A program made the translations under genes and the position numbers. The notes beneath the pieces were generated by a model. The model was not told where the DNA came from and did not search any database. It saw nothing but the letters and a program-made list of their open reading frames with translations. Shown one piece after another: positions 17,198 to 24,785 of a stretch of DNA of 32,938 nucleotides. Origin of the DNA: an archaeon. Its GTDB lineage: Archaea > Hydrothermarchaeota > Hydrothermarchaeia > Hydrothermarchaeales > JALUUU01. The stretch's first letter is position 1, and each line of letters begins with the position of its first letter. Location: contig JALUUU010000180.1 of assembly GCA_027021185.1 (NCBI GenBank), positions 1 through 32,938 of the forward strand. Reading direction: 5' to 3'.

Positions 17198-17390
17198 GCA
17201 TGTGATATGGTACAGGAACTGTTACATCATTTCTCCGCATGATATGATGTTTCCTTATTCTTGCTATTGTGAATCCAAGCCTCCTAAAGGTTATCACGAT
17301 TTTCTTCCTTGATTTAGGTTTGAATTTCAAGGAAACAGCTCTTCTCTCTTTTGCCCACGAAGATTTTAAGTCATAAAGAGCTAAGAGCAC
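17127..17390 (-). CDS. HicA-like (YcfA) putative mRNA-interferase toxin; start uncertain
   Basis: The core KPKSRKKIVITFRRLGFTIARIRKHHIMRRNDVTVPVPYH resembles the HicA pattern (K..evik.Le..GF...r.kGSH..l.....tvpvH). The track start is GTG at 17390; a TTG at 17330 would give a more typical 67-aa product. The 3' end overlaps the convergent 351-aa gene by 71 nt. Confidence 0.45.
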   Translation of the reverse strand: MLLALYDLKSSWAKERRAVSLKFKPKSRKKIVITFRRLGFTIARIRKHHIMRRNDVTVPVPYHMLISRGLSLLGRNSRGFSVSSSLE

Positions 17391-17459
17391 AGAAAAAGCA
17401 TCTTTAATACGGTTTTGAATTTCACATTTTAAAAATAAATCCTATTGAATGACTGGTAA

Positions 17460-17487
17460 AGGTAACGGGATAGGTGCCCCGTTACCT
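17460..17487 (-). terminator. Perfect 10-bp stem-loop immediately 3' of tRNA-Met, followed by a T-rich tract
   Basis: AGGTAACGGG (17460-17469) pairs with CCCGTTACCT (17478-17487) around an 8-nt loop, 2 nt downstream of the tRNA 3' end. On the minus strand ATTTATTTTT (17431-17440) follows about 20 nt later. Confidence 0.35.
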
Positions 17488-17489
17488 CA

Positions 17490-17596
17490 TGCCGGGGGCG
17501 GGCTTCGAACCCGCGGCTTCCACGTTTCCCAGCCTGTTCCGCCTAGCGAAACAATCCCTATGAGCGTGGCACTCTGCCAGGCTGAGTTACCCCGGC
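17490..17596 (-). tRNA. Elongator-type tRNA-Met (anticodon CAT) with a 33-nt intron at the canonical 37/38 position (intron 17526-17558)
   Basis: Hand fold of the reverse complement: acceptor GCCGGGG/CCCCGGC, D arm ACTC-AGCCTGGCA-GAGT, anticodon stem CCACG/CGTGG, loop CTCATA|intron|A, T arm GCGGG-TTCGAAG-CCCGC, discriminator A. The mature length is 74 nt. A CAT anticodon could alternatively mark tRNA-Ile2. Confidence 0.85.
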
Positions 17597-18285
17597 TTTC
17601 TCAAAATCTTTACACCGTTGTCTGTCCCAACGCGGACTTCATGGGCCATTCCTGGGAATATGCCGTTCTCGACGACGCCTTTTATAAGGTTAATCTCGGC
17701 CTCCAAGGATTCAGGGTCCTCTATGATCCCGAAATCTGCGTCCAGGACATAATTTCCGTTATCTGTTATAACCGGTCCGGACTTACCGGATCCCTGTCTT
17801 ACGACCGTAGTCGCGTCCATGTCTTCCAGCTTCCTGGCGACGACCTTCCAGGAGAATGGAAGCACCTCCACTGGCACTGGAAGACTTAGTTTTTCTGAAA
17901 GCTTCCCCTCATCAACTATAACTACAAACCTTTTGGAAAGGGAGGCCACTATCTTCTCCCTGGTGTGGGCGGCGCCCCCGCCTTTGATGAGATCTAGCTT
18001 ATCGGATACTTGATCAGCGCCGTCTATGGCGAGATCCAGGGCATCGTATTCCTCCAGACTAGCTATGGTTATGCCCTTCTCTCTGGCGGTGATGGCTGTG
18101 CCCCTGGATGTGGGTACGCATACAACATCAAGGCCCTCTTCTTTAATTCTCCTGGCTAATTCGTCGATGAGGAAGTATACCGTTGAACCAGTGCCTAGGC
18201 CTAGGACATATCCATCCTTTACCAAACTGCATGCTGACTCAGCCGCTGCCCGCTTAAGGGAATCCATGGTATTAAGTAAAGCCAT
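17587..18285 (-). CDS. rpiA: Ribose-5-phosphate isomerase A
   Basis: 232 aa with RpiA motifs (LGLGTGSTV, DGADQV, KGGGAAHTREK). The stop codon TAA lies inside the first 10 nt of the downstream tRNA-Met. Confidence 0.9.
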   Translation of the reverse strand: MALLNTMDSLKRAAAESACSLVKDGYVLGLGTGSTVYFLIDELARRIKEEGLDVVCVPTSRGTAITAREKGITIASLEEYDALDLAIDGADQVSDKLDLIKGGGAAHTREKIVASLSKRFVVIVDEGKLSEKLSLPVPVEVLPFSWKVVARKLEDMDATTVVRQGSGKSGPVITDNGNYVLDADFGIIEDPESLEAEINLIKGVVENGIFPGMAHEVRVGTDNGVKILRKPG

Positions 18286-18305
18286 TGAGATAAAAAACTT
18301 TCCAG

Positions 18306-18923
18306 TTACAGAAATCGGCTGAGCCTCGCCTTGAAAAGCTCTGCAATAGGTGTCTGCCTGCAGAAGATCTCCGCCTTTCCCTTTTTTCTTATATCATCAA
18401 CGTCCTCCACGATCACACCCGCCGACCCTATCTCCCCCAGGGTGTGGGCATCGCTTCCAGCCGTCATAATGAGTCCGTGCCTCTCAGCATACTTTAAGGC
18501 TTTTTTATTAGTTCTTGACATCAGGCATCTGGAATTGCATACCTCAACACCGTCTAGATAGAGTGCGTCCTCATCTCTCGGAGAGAAGCTGTTGGGTCTG
18601 AAGGGATCGAAAGGATGAGAAACAACAGCTATTCCTCCCTGCGCCCTTATGTCCGCCACAACATCGCGGAACTCCCCTCCGCTAACCTCCTCCTCTAGAA
18701 AGTAACCCATCACCTCCCCCCGTGTCGTTTTTATCTCACTGCCCACTATTACGATAAAGTCCGGGGGAGCGAGTTTTCTCACCGCAATGCCGCCGCGGAT
18801 AGTTCCATGGTCCACAACCCCGATACCGTCTAGGCCCACCTTACGTGCATACTCGACTATCGCAGCAGGGGATGCCTTGCAGTCCCATGAGTAGGAAGTG
18901 TGGACATGAAGGTCAAGGCGCAT
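18306..18923 (-). CDS. PHP-domain metal-dependent phosphoesterase
   Basis: 205 aa. The N-terminal MRLDLHVHTSYSWDC motif is followed by VDHGT and later by SDAHT, the PHP His/Asp metal ligands. Confidence 0.8.
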   Translation of the reverse strand: MRLDLHVHTSYSWDCKASPAAIVEYARKVGLDGIGVVDHGTIRGGIAVRKLAPPDFIVIVGSEIKTTRGEVMGYFLEEEVSGGEFRDVVADIRAQGGIAVVSHPFDPFRPNSFSPRDEDALYLDGVEVCNSRCLMSRTNKKALKYAERHGLIMTAGSDAHTLGEIGSAGVIVEDVDDIRKKGKAEIFCRQTPIAELFKARLSRFL

Positions 18924-18965
18924 ATCCGCTACTTTAAAGGTAATCGTTAATAATCATTATGTCAG

Positions 18966-19379
18966 ATGACACAGATCTACACGATAGGAACAAGCACCAG
19001 GAGCCTGGATGAATTTCTCAGCCTTCTGGATAAACACGGTATAAAGAAAATCATAGACGTCAGGCGCTTCCCTACGTCGAAATTCGAACACTTCAAAAAA
19101 GAGAACATGGAAAAGCTCCGAATAGGTTACATCCATATACCAGAGCTCGGCGGCTACCGTGGAGACTATAAGGAATACATGGAAACACCCGAGTTTCAGC
19201 GAGGCCTCAAGGAGCTTCTTAAACTCATTCAAAAAGAGAAATGCGCGATATTCTGCGCAGAGCTCCTGTATTTCCGATGCCACAGGAGATTCATAAGCGA
19301 CGCCCTCACCAAGAAAGGGATAAAAGTCCTTCACATAGTGGACGAAAAAAGAGTCATCCCTCATAAACTCAGAGACTAA
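18966..19379 (+). CDS. DUF488-family protein
   Basis: 137 aa. IYTIGTSTRSLDEFLSLLDKHGIKKIIDVRRFPTSK...YIHIPELGG and CAELLYFRCHRRFI match the DUF488 pattern. The antisense 135-aa ORF (18957..19364) has no recognisable motifs. Confidence 0.75.
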   Translation: MTQIYTIGTSTRSLDEFLSLLDKHGIKKIIDVRRFPTSKFEHFKKENMEKLRIGYIHIPELGGYRGDYKEYMETPEFQRGLKELLKLIQKEKCAIFCAELLYFRCHRRFISDALTKKGIKVLHIVDEKRVIPHKLRD

Positions 19380-22159
19380 TCCCAGAACCTTCTGGTACGG
19401 GCGTAATTTCTCTCTGCCCTGAGGATGTTTCTGTACAGCTCGTCTTCTTTGCGGGTGGCCAGAAGGACCCGTTTAGCTGTTTCAGGGCCGACACCTCTCC
19501 CCGCCAGGGCAAGTATGGCTTTTTTCCCATAGGAGAGCACCAGGTTTCCCGATGCCTGCATCCTGGCCACCTCCTGAGCCTCCTCCTGAGTAAGTCTTTC
19601 CTGGCGCCTGAATTTCTTGTATAATGCCCTTAGCTCCCTGTATCTCCCCTTGAGAACGGCGAGCATGCGGGCTCCGCAGTTTCCACACGAAGGATGCTCA
19701 TCCAGGTTCTTAACCCTCACCGACGGTATCCACGATGCACAGTAGAGACACAGAAGATCCACTCTCCTGTCGCCCAGGCGCTTCTCAAGGGCTCTGAGGA
19801 TAAGCCTCTCAGCCCTCTTAGGCAGGAGGATCTCACCGTACCCTTGGAGGCCAAGCTCCGCAAGAGGAGATGCTTTCTTAGCCTCAACGTAATCGACCTC
19901 TATACGTCCATTCTTTATGTCCTCCAAGACCTTGACGGCTTTGTCGAGGCCCAGGTTATTCTTAAAGATCTCTTTTAGGGTTTCTTGGTGGACAGGAGAG
20001 CCCTCATAAGCATCAATGACCCGCCGCAAGGAAATGTCGGAGGAGGAGGCGTCCTTAGAAATCACGCCAAAACGCTTGGCAACATGGAGAAACTTCCACC
20101 TGAAAAGCGGACTCGCCTTTAACGTTATCCTCAGGAGGGGTTCAATGACGCTGGGATCGATGTTGAACAGCTCCTCCAGATCCTCCCTCCTAAAGTCTTT
20201 TGGAGATTGAAGAATTATTCTGTACGCATCAACCTTCAATGAAACCTCATGTCCCTGCTTAGACGTCAGAAGAGCAGAGAAAACCCGGCCAAGGGCCTGA
20301 TTAACCCTCATGCCGAAGCAGGCATGGATTATGACGAAGTCGTTAAGAATCTCCACGACTACTCTATTGCTCCCAGGCACAGGAAACCCTTTTTTTACAT
20401 GTTTCCTTAGCTTAGAGAGTATCTGCTTCTTAGCGTAGGAGTTCAGAGGATATTTCTTAATAGCATCGGATCCCTTCTCAGCAACCTCTGTCCTTAATTT
20501 TCCAGCCTCCTTCGCCACCTCATAGGGCACAGGTATCTCCTCGCCGATCCATGAAGGAATCGCGCCAATAACCTCCTCCACCGGCTCGACGAGGATAACA
20601 TCATCATCAACACTCACTACCCGCCAGGGTGCGCCTTTGAAAATTATCAGATTCCCGTCCACGGCGTAGTTAACAACAAATGCCTCATCCAAAGACCCTA
20701 TCCTCTCCCGGGACACGAGGTTTTTCACTACATAGCGTTTCTCATCTGGAATGGTGGAGAGGTTTTCGTAGTAGTACTTCCTAGAGTTCCTGGTAAGACT
20801 GAAGCTTTCATCATTTATCCAGAGCAGCCTTAGGGAGGACATGAGCCACAGCACAGAGTCAAGCTCTTCTTCCTCGAGATCCTGGAAGGGAGCTGTGCTT
20901 TTCAGAAGATCCAAGGCCTCCTTCTTCGGGACTTCCCTCCTGTCTAAGGCGAGGCCCACGAGCTGATGGGCAAGAACATCGTAGGGTTTATGGGGTAGCC
21001 TTATCTCCTCCAGCTCCTCCTTCAGAGCACGATCTGCTATGACCGCCGACTCCACCATGTCATCCACATCAGTCGCCACGATTATCCCCCTAGAGATCTG
21101 CCCTATCCTGTGTCCAGATCTGCCTATGCGCTGAAGCAGCCGGGTCACCTGCCTGGGGCTCTTATACTGCACCACCGCCTCCACGCTACCAACATCTATG
21201 CCCAGCTCCAGCGAGGACGTGCAGATTAATGCGTCGATCTCCATGTCTTTAAACTCTCGCTCCGCTTTGATCCTGGCCTCCTGGGAAAGGGAGCTGTGAT
21301 GAATTCCCACGTTCTCATCCAGAAGTCTGAACCTTGACGCCAGGGTCTCGGCCATCTCCCGGGTATTGACAAAGATAAGGACAGAACGATGCTTTCTCAC
21401 AACGTCGAGAATCGCCCTTATCCTTGCTGAGGCATCCAGTGTGGAGAAAATCCTCGCAGCTATCTCTCGGTCTTCTTTATCCGGCCTGGGCTTAACCACC
21501 TTCAAAACGATGTCCTTAGAGGGGGACACTTTCAATACTTCTACTCGCCTGTTCCCACCCAGGAATTTAGCTACAACGGCAGGTGACCCAATGGTGGCGC
21601 TGATGCCGATGCGCTGAAAATCCCGCCCAGTGAGGTGCAGAAGTCTCTCCAAGGCAACGCTCAGCTGAGCACCTCGCTTATCCTCGGCAAGCTCGTGAAC
21701 CTCGTCCACAATTACAAAGCGCACATTTCTAAGGTGCTCCCTCATCACCCGTCCAGGCAATATGGCCTGCAGGGTCTCTGGAGTTGTTATGAGCATATCC
21801 GGTGGAGAGAGAGCCTGCTTTCTCCTGGCATACTGGGAGGTATCGCCGTGGCGTACCTCGATTCTTATGCCGAGACGGTTAGACCACCACTCGAATCTTT
21901 CAAGGATGTCTCTGTTGAGGGCTCTCAACGGTGTAACGTATAGGATGCTTATTCCCTTAGGCCTTTTCTCTAGAAAGCGATGAAAAACAGGGAGGAGGGC
22001 TGCCTCTGTTTTCCCGATACCTGTGGGAGCTATCAACAAGGCATCGCTACCATGGATGAGCCTAGGTATGGCTAACTCCTGGATCTCTGTAGGAGCAACT
22101 ATTCCTCGTTCATCTATGGCCTGTCTTATATCCCTGCGCAACAGCGAAAAAGCGTTCAT
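19376..22159 (-). CDS. lhr: Lhr-type large superfamily-2 DEAD/DEAH helicase with a C-terminal zinc ribbon
   Basis: Helicase motifs are present: APTGIGKTEA, VIVDEVHEL, ISAT, QRIGRSGHR. It has a long Lhr-like C-terminal extension and a Cys4 cluster (CLYC...CGNCG). I place the start at the ATG at 22159 (MNAFSLLRRDIRQAI), because a TATA-like element lies 23-31 nt upstream of it. The track start at 22201 would lie upstream of that element. Confidence 0.85.
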   Translation of the reverse strand: MNAFSLLRRDIRQAIDERGIVAPTEIQELAIPRLIHGSDALLIAPTGIGKTEAALLPVFHRFLEKRPKGISILYVTPLRALNRDILERFEWWSNRLGIRIEVRHGDTSQYARRKQALSPPDMLITTPETLQAILPGRVMREHLRNVRFVIVDEVHELAEDKRGAQLSVALERLLHLTGRDFQRIGISATIGSPAVVAKFLGGNRRVEVLKVSPSKDIVLKVVKPRPDKEDREIAARIFSTLDASARIRAILDVVRKHRSVLIFVNTREMAETLASRFRLLDENVGIHHSSLSQEARIKAEREFKDMEIDALICTSSLELGIDVGSVEAVVQYKSPRQVTRLLQRIGRSGHRIGQISRGIIVATDVDDMVESAVIADRALKEELEEIRLPHKPYDVLAHQLVGLALDRREVPKKEALDLLKSTAPFQDLEEEELDSVLWLMSSLRLLWINDESFSLTRNSRKYYYENLSTIPDEKRYVVKNLVSRERIGSLDEAFVVNYAVDGNLIIFKGAPWRVVSVDDDVILVEPVEEVIGAIPSWIGEEIPVPYEVAKEAGKLRTEVAEKGSDAIKKYPLNSYAKKQILSKLRKHVKKGFPVPGSNRVVVEILNDFVIIHACFGMRVNQALGRVFSALLTSKQGHEVSLKVDAYRIILQSPKDFRREDLEELFNIDPSVIEPLLRITLKASPLFRWKFLHVAKRFGVISKDASSSDISLRRVIDAYEGSPVHQETLKEIFKNNLGLDKAVKVLEDIKNGRIEVDYVEAKKASPLAELGLQGYGEILLPKRAERLILRALEKRLGDRRVDLLCLYCASWIPSVRVKNLDEHPSCGNCGARMLAVLKGRYRELRALYKKFRRQERLTQEEAQEVARMQASGNLVLSYGKKAILALAGRGVGPETAKRVLLATRKEDELYRNILRAERNYARTRRFWD

Positions 22160-22181
22160 TACATCCAGAGCTAAAATTAAC

Positions 22182-22190
22182 AAAAATAAA
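22182..22190 (-). promoter_or_regulatory. Candidate TATA box (TTTATTTTT on the minus strand) for the Lhr helicase gene
   Basis: Its position relative to the ATG at 22159 fits a leaderless archaeal transcript. Confidence 0.4.
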
Positions 22191-22287
22191 TAGGCCCTCA
22201 CCGGCAGGATTGGAAGTGTTTTAACTAACAGATGAAGCCATCGCAGAGTTGTCGCAGCTCAACCGTGGCCTGATGGAGAAAAGCTCC

Positions 22288-22461
22288 TTACTCAGGAGTT
22301 TTCCTCACCCACCTTACCTTTCTGGGAAGTCGCTTCAGTTTAAGGGAATTCTTCTCGCACTTGCTGCTACAGAAATAGAGCACAGTGCCATCTTTCTTTA
22401 CGAACATCTTGCCCGTCCCGGGCTCGATGTTGTTTCCGCAGAAGCTGCATTGGAATTCCAT
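22288..22461 (-). CDS. rpl24e: 50S ribosomal protein L24e (57 aa)
   Basis: Not in the track because it is under 60 aa. Own translation: [57 protein letters not shown]. It has the zinc-ribbon L24e signature and sits in the conserved position after rps28e. Confidence 0.85.
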   Translation of the reverse strand: MEFQCSFCGNNIEPGTGKMFVKKDGTVLYFCSSKCEKNSLKLKRLPRKVRWVRKTPE

Positions 22462-22474
22462 GGCCAAGCCTCGT

Positions 22475-22696
22475 TTATGGGACTTTAAGCTCTCTGGCCT
22501 CTCTCTCTGTCTCCAGCAGTATGAGGATGTCTCCCACCCTCGTCGGGCCTTTCACGTTTCTCCTGATTATCCTTCCCTTGTCCCTGCCTGCTAGGATGCG
22601 GCACTTCACCTGAAGAATCTCTCCGGTCATTCCTGTCCTTCCGATGACCTCAACAACCTCGGCTGGGAATCCCTGGGTTTCCTGTTCTTTTGCCAT
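22475..22696 (-). CDS. rps28e: 30S ribosomal protein S28e
   Basis: 73 aa: ...[58 protein letters not shown], a canonical S28e. Confidence 0.9.
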   Translation of the reverse strand: MAKEQETQGFPAEVVEVIGRTGMTGEILQVKCRILAGRDKGRIIRRNVKGPTRVGDILILLETEREARELKVP

Positions 22697-22709
22697 CCCT
22701 TATCTCCCT

Positions 22710-23078
22710 TTATTTCTTCAGGGAACTGACTTTTTCTGCAATATCCTCTATAAGTTCCTTTGCCTTCCCCGCGTTCACAACGCAGGCGGCTGCGGCGGTT
22801 ACCTCAAGGCCGCTGACCCTTCCGAGCTCCAGCTTGCTAGGAACATAGGTATAGGGTATGTCCCTTTCCTCGCACAGCACGGGAAGATGGGCCACTATCT
22901 CCTCAGGTTCAACGTCTTCAGCGATGACCACGAGCTTTGCCTGGCCCCTCTCAACGTACTTCGTCACCTCATTCGTGCCCTTCCTGACTTTGCCGGTGCT
23001 TCTGGCTATCTCTAGGGCCTCGTAGGTTTTCTCCGCCAGTTCTTTGGGAACATTGAACTTCACATACATTTTCGCCAT
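22710..23078 (-). CDS. rpl7ae: 50S ribosomal protein L7Ae (K-turn binding)
   Basis: 122 aa: ...[59 protein letters not shown], a canonical L7Ae. An AGGAGG SD lies 6 nt upstream of the ATG, and TTTAAA occurs at 23174-23179. Confidence 0.95.
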   Translation of the reverse strand: MAKMYVKFNVPKELAEKTYEALEIARSTGKVRKGTNEVTKYVERGQAKLVVIAEDVEPEEIVAHLPVLCEERDIPYTYVPSKLELGRVSGLEVTAAAACVVNAGKAKELIEDIAEKVSSLKK

Positions 23079-23201
23079 AAAATACCTCCTGTTTTCATCG
23101 GTATTTCACATAAGTAGGTTCACCATGCCTTCAGCGGCGCTGACTGCACCATCATAAATACTCCTACCCCCATTTAAAGTTTTTCCTTCCTTTCCACGTT
23201 T

Positions 23202-24785
23202 TCAGCCTCTATATCGGTTAGTTATAGGCATCCTTCTACCGGAGCCGAATGCTTTTGTAGTGACCTTAATACCTATAGGAGCCTGGTGGCGCTTATACTC
23301 GCTCCTATCAACCCTCCATACAATATCCCTTACAAGAGCCTCGTCATAGCCCAATGCAACGATTTCTTCTATGCTTTTGTTTTCCTCGATATATGCGTGA
23401 AGTATCGGATCAAGGAGGCTATAAGGAGGAATGTCTTCCCGGTCTTTCTGCCCAGGCCTGAGCTCTGCCGACGGTTCCTTCTCCAGGACCCTCCTAGGTA
23501 TAATTTCTCTATGAGAATTAATATACCTGGCCAGCTCGTATACCATGGTTTTAGGAACATCTGAAATGGCCGCCAGCCCCCCTGCTAGATCACCGTACAG
23601 GGTTGTGTACCCAACCGCCAGCTCTGATTTGTTTCCCGTGGATAGCACGAGGTATCCGAACTTGTTGGACAGAGCCATCAATATATTTCCTCTTATTCTG
23701 GCTTGGAGATTCTCCTCTGTGGCGTCTCTCCTTGTGCCCCTGAATTCTCTTGATAGCGTCTTGAGATAGGCCTCCAGAGTCTCCGTTATGGGGATAACTG
23801 TGAACCCTATTCCAAGGTTGTCGGCCAATTTTTTGGCGTCTTCGAAGCTCTCCCTGGAGGTAACTTTGCTTGGCATGAAGACCCCTAGAACGTTCTCTTT
23901 CCCCAGAGCCTCTCTGGCTAATACGGCGGTAACAGATGAGTCGATGCCCCCGCTCAAGCCTATAACCACCTTGCTGAATCCGTTTTTCAGCACGTAGTCC
24001 CTGATTCCCAGCACCAGGGCCTTGAATACCTCCTCTATCATCTCTTCCCGTGGAGCTATCTTTCCTCTGACAAGGTCTGTCACGAGAATTGTCTCCTCAA
24101 ATCTCCTGGCCCTTGCCACCAGCTCTCCTCTGCCGTTGAAAACGCAGCTTCCCCCGTCGAAGACCAGGTCATCCTGTCCCCCGACGAGGTTGCAGTATAT
24201 CACTGGAACGCCTCCAGTCTTGGCTCTTGTGGATATGAGCTTGTCCCTCTCTCCCAGCTTGCCAGCATGAAATGGGGAGGCCGAGATATTGACGATGAAC
24301 CTTGCACCCTTCTCCGCTATGTTTGTGCAGAGAACGCCGTCCACCCAGATGTCCTCGCATATCGTGATTCCGAATTTCAGGCCTTCTGCTTCAAATATCC
24401 TGTATTCTGATGCTGCCTTGAAGTAACGCTTCTCGTCGAAGACGTCATAATTGGGCAGGTGAGTCTTCCTCTGAGTTCCGATCAGCTCGCCGTCTCTTAT
24501 TACCGCAGCAGAGTTGTAAAGACCGCCGTCCTCCTCAACAAAACCCACAACGGCTGTTATTCCCCCGGTTTCTCTAATTATACCTCTCAGAGAGGCGATG
24601 TTTTCCCTTATAAAAGAAGGCTTTAGCAGGAGGTCCTTCGGTGGATAGCCTGTCGTGGCCAGCTCAGGGAAAACTACCAGGCCAGCACCCATATCCCTGG
24701 CCTTACTAATGAACTCTTTAATCTTTTTGGCGTTTCCTTTGAGGTCCCCCACTATGGGGTTTATCTGGGCCAAGGCCGCTTTCAT
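23202..24785 (-). CDS. nadE: Glutamine-dependent NAD+ synthetase (CN-hydrolase domain plus NAD synthetase domain)
   Basis: 527 aa. It has an N-terminal nitrilase-type domain (VVFPELATTGYPP, CEDIW) and a C-terminal PP-loop (GLSGGIDSS). The start overlaps the upstream stop (ATGA). Confidence 0.9.
   Translation of the reverse strand: MKAALAQINPIVGDLKGNAKKIKEFISKARDMGAGLVVFPELATTGYPPKDLLLKPSFIRENIASLRGIIRETGGITAVVGFVEEDGGLYNSAAVIRDGELIGTQRKTHLPNYDVFDEKRYFKAASEYRIFEAEGLKFGITICEDIWVDGVLCTNIAEKGARFIVNISASPFHAGKLGERDKLISTRAKTGGVPVIYCNLVGGQDDLVFDGGSCVFNGRGELVARARRFEETILVTDLVRGKIAPREEMIEEVFKALVLGIRDYVLKNGFSKVVIGLSGGIDSSVTAVLAREALGKENVLGVFMPSKVTSRESFEDAKKLADNLGIGFTVIPITETLEAYLKTLSREFRGTRRDATEENLQARIRGNILMALSNKFGYLVLSTGNKSELAVGYTTLYGDLAGGLAAISDVPKTMVYELARYINSHREIIPRRVLEKEPSAELRPGQKDREDIPPYSLLDPILHAYIEENKSIEEIVALGYDEALVRDIVWRVDRSEYKRHQAPIGIKVTTKAFGSGRRMPITNRYRG

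Noticed and set aside
14923-17489. Integrated mobile element using tRNA-Met as an attachment site. The AT-richer islet lies directly 3' of the tRNA.
   Set aside because: There is no integrase, replication or capsid gene. By eye I also found no direct repeat of the tRNA 3' portion (for example GGGCTTCGAACCC) at the far boundary.
17526-17558. A box C/D guide RNA embedded in the tRNA-Met intron, as in some archaeal tRNA-Trp and tRNA-Met introns.
   Set aside because: The 33-nt intron contains no UGAUGA or CUGA boxes and is too short.
23079-23160. Possible L7Ae autoregulatory K-turn in the rpl7ae 5' leader. A box C-like AUGAUGG and a box D-like CUGA lie 14 nt apart. In addition, a 7-bp hairpin AAAUACC/GGUAUUU (23106-23100 / 23086-23080) touches the SD.
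   Set aside because: I could not build a proper K-turn. No complementary C-stem flanks the boxes, and there is no 3-nt bulge followed by tandem G-A pairs on the hairpin. The predicted TSS, about 25 nt after the TTTAAA box, probably falls within or after the C-like box. The hairpin is short and AU-rich.
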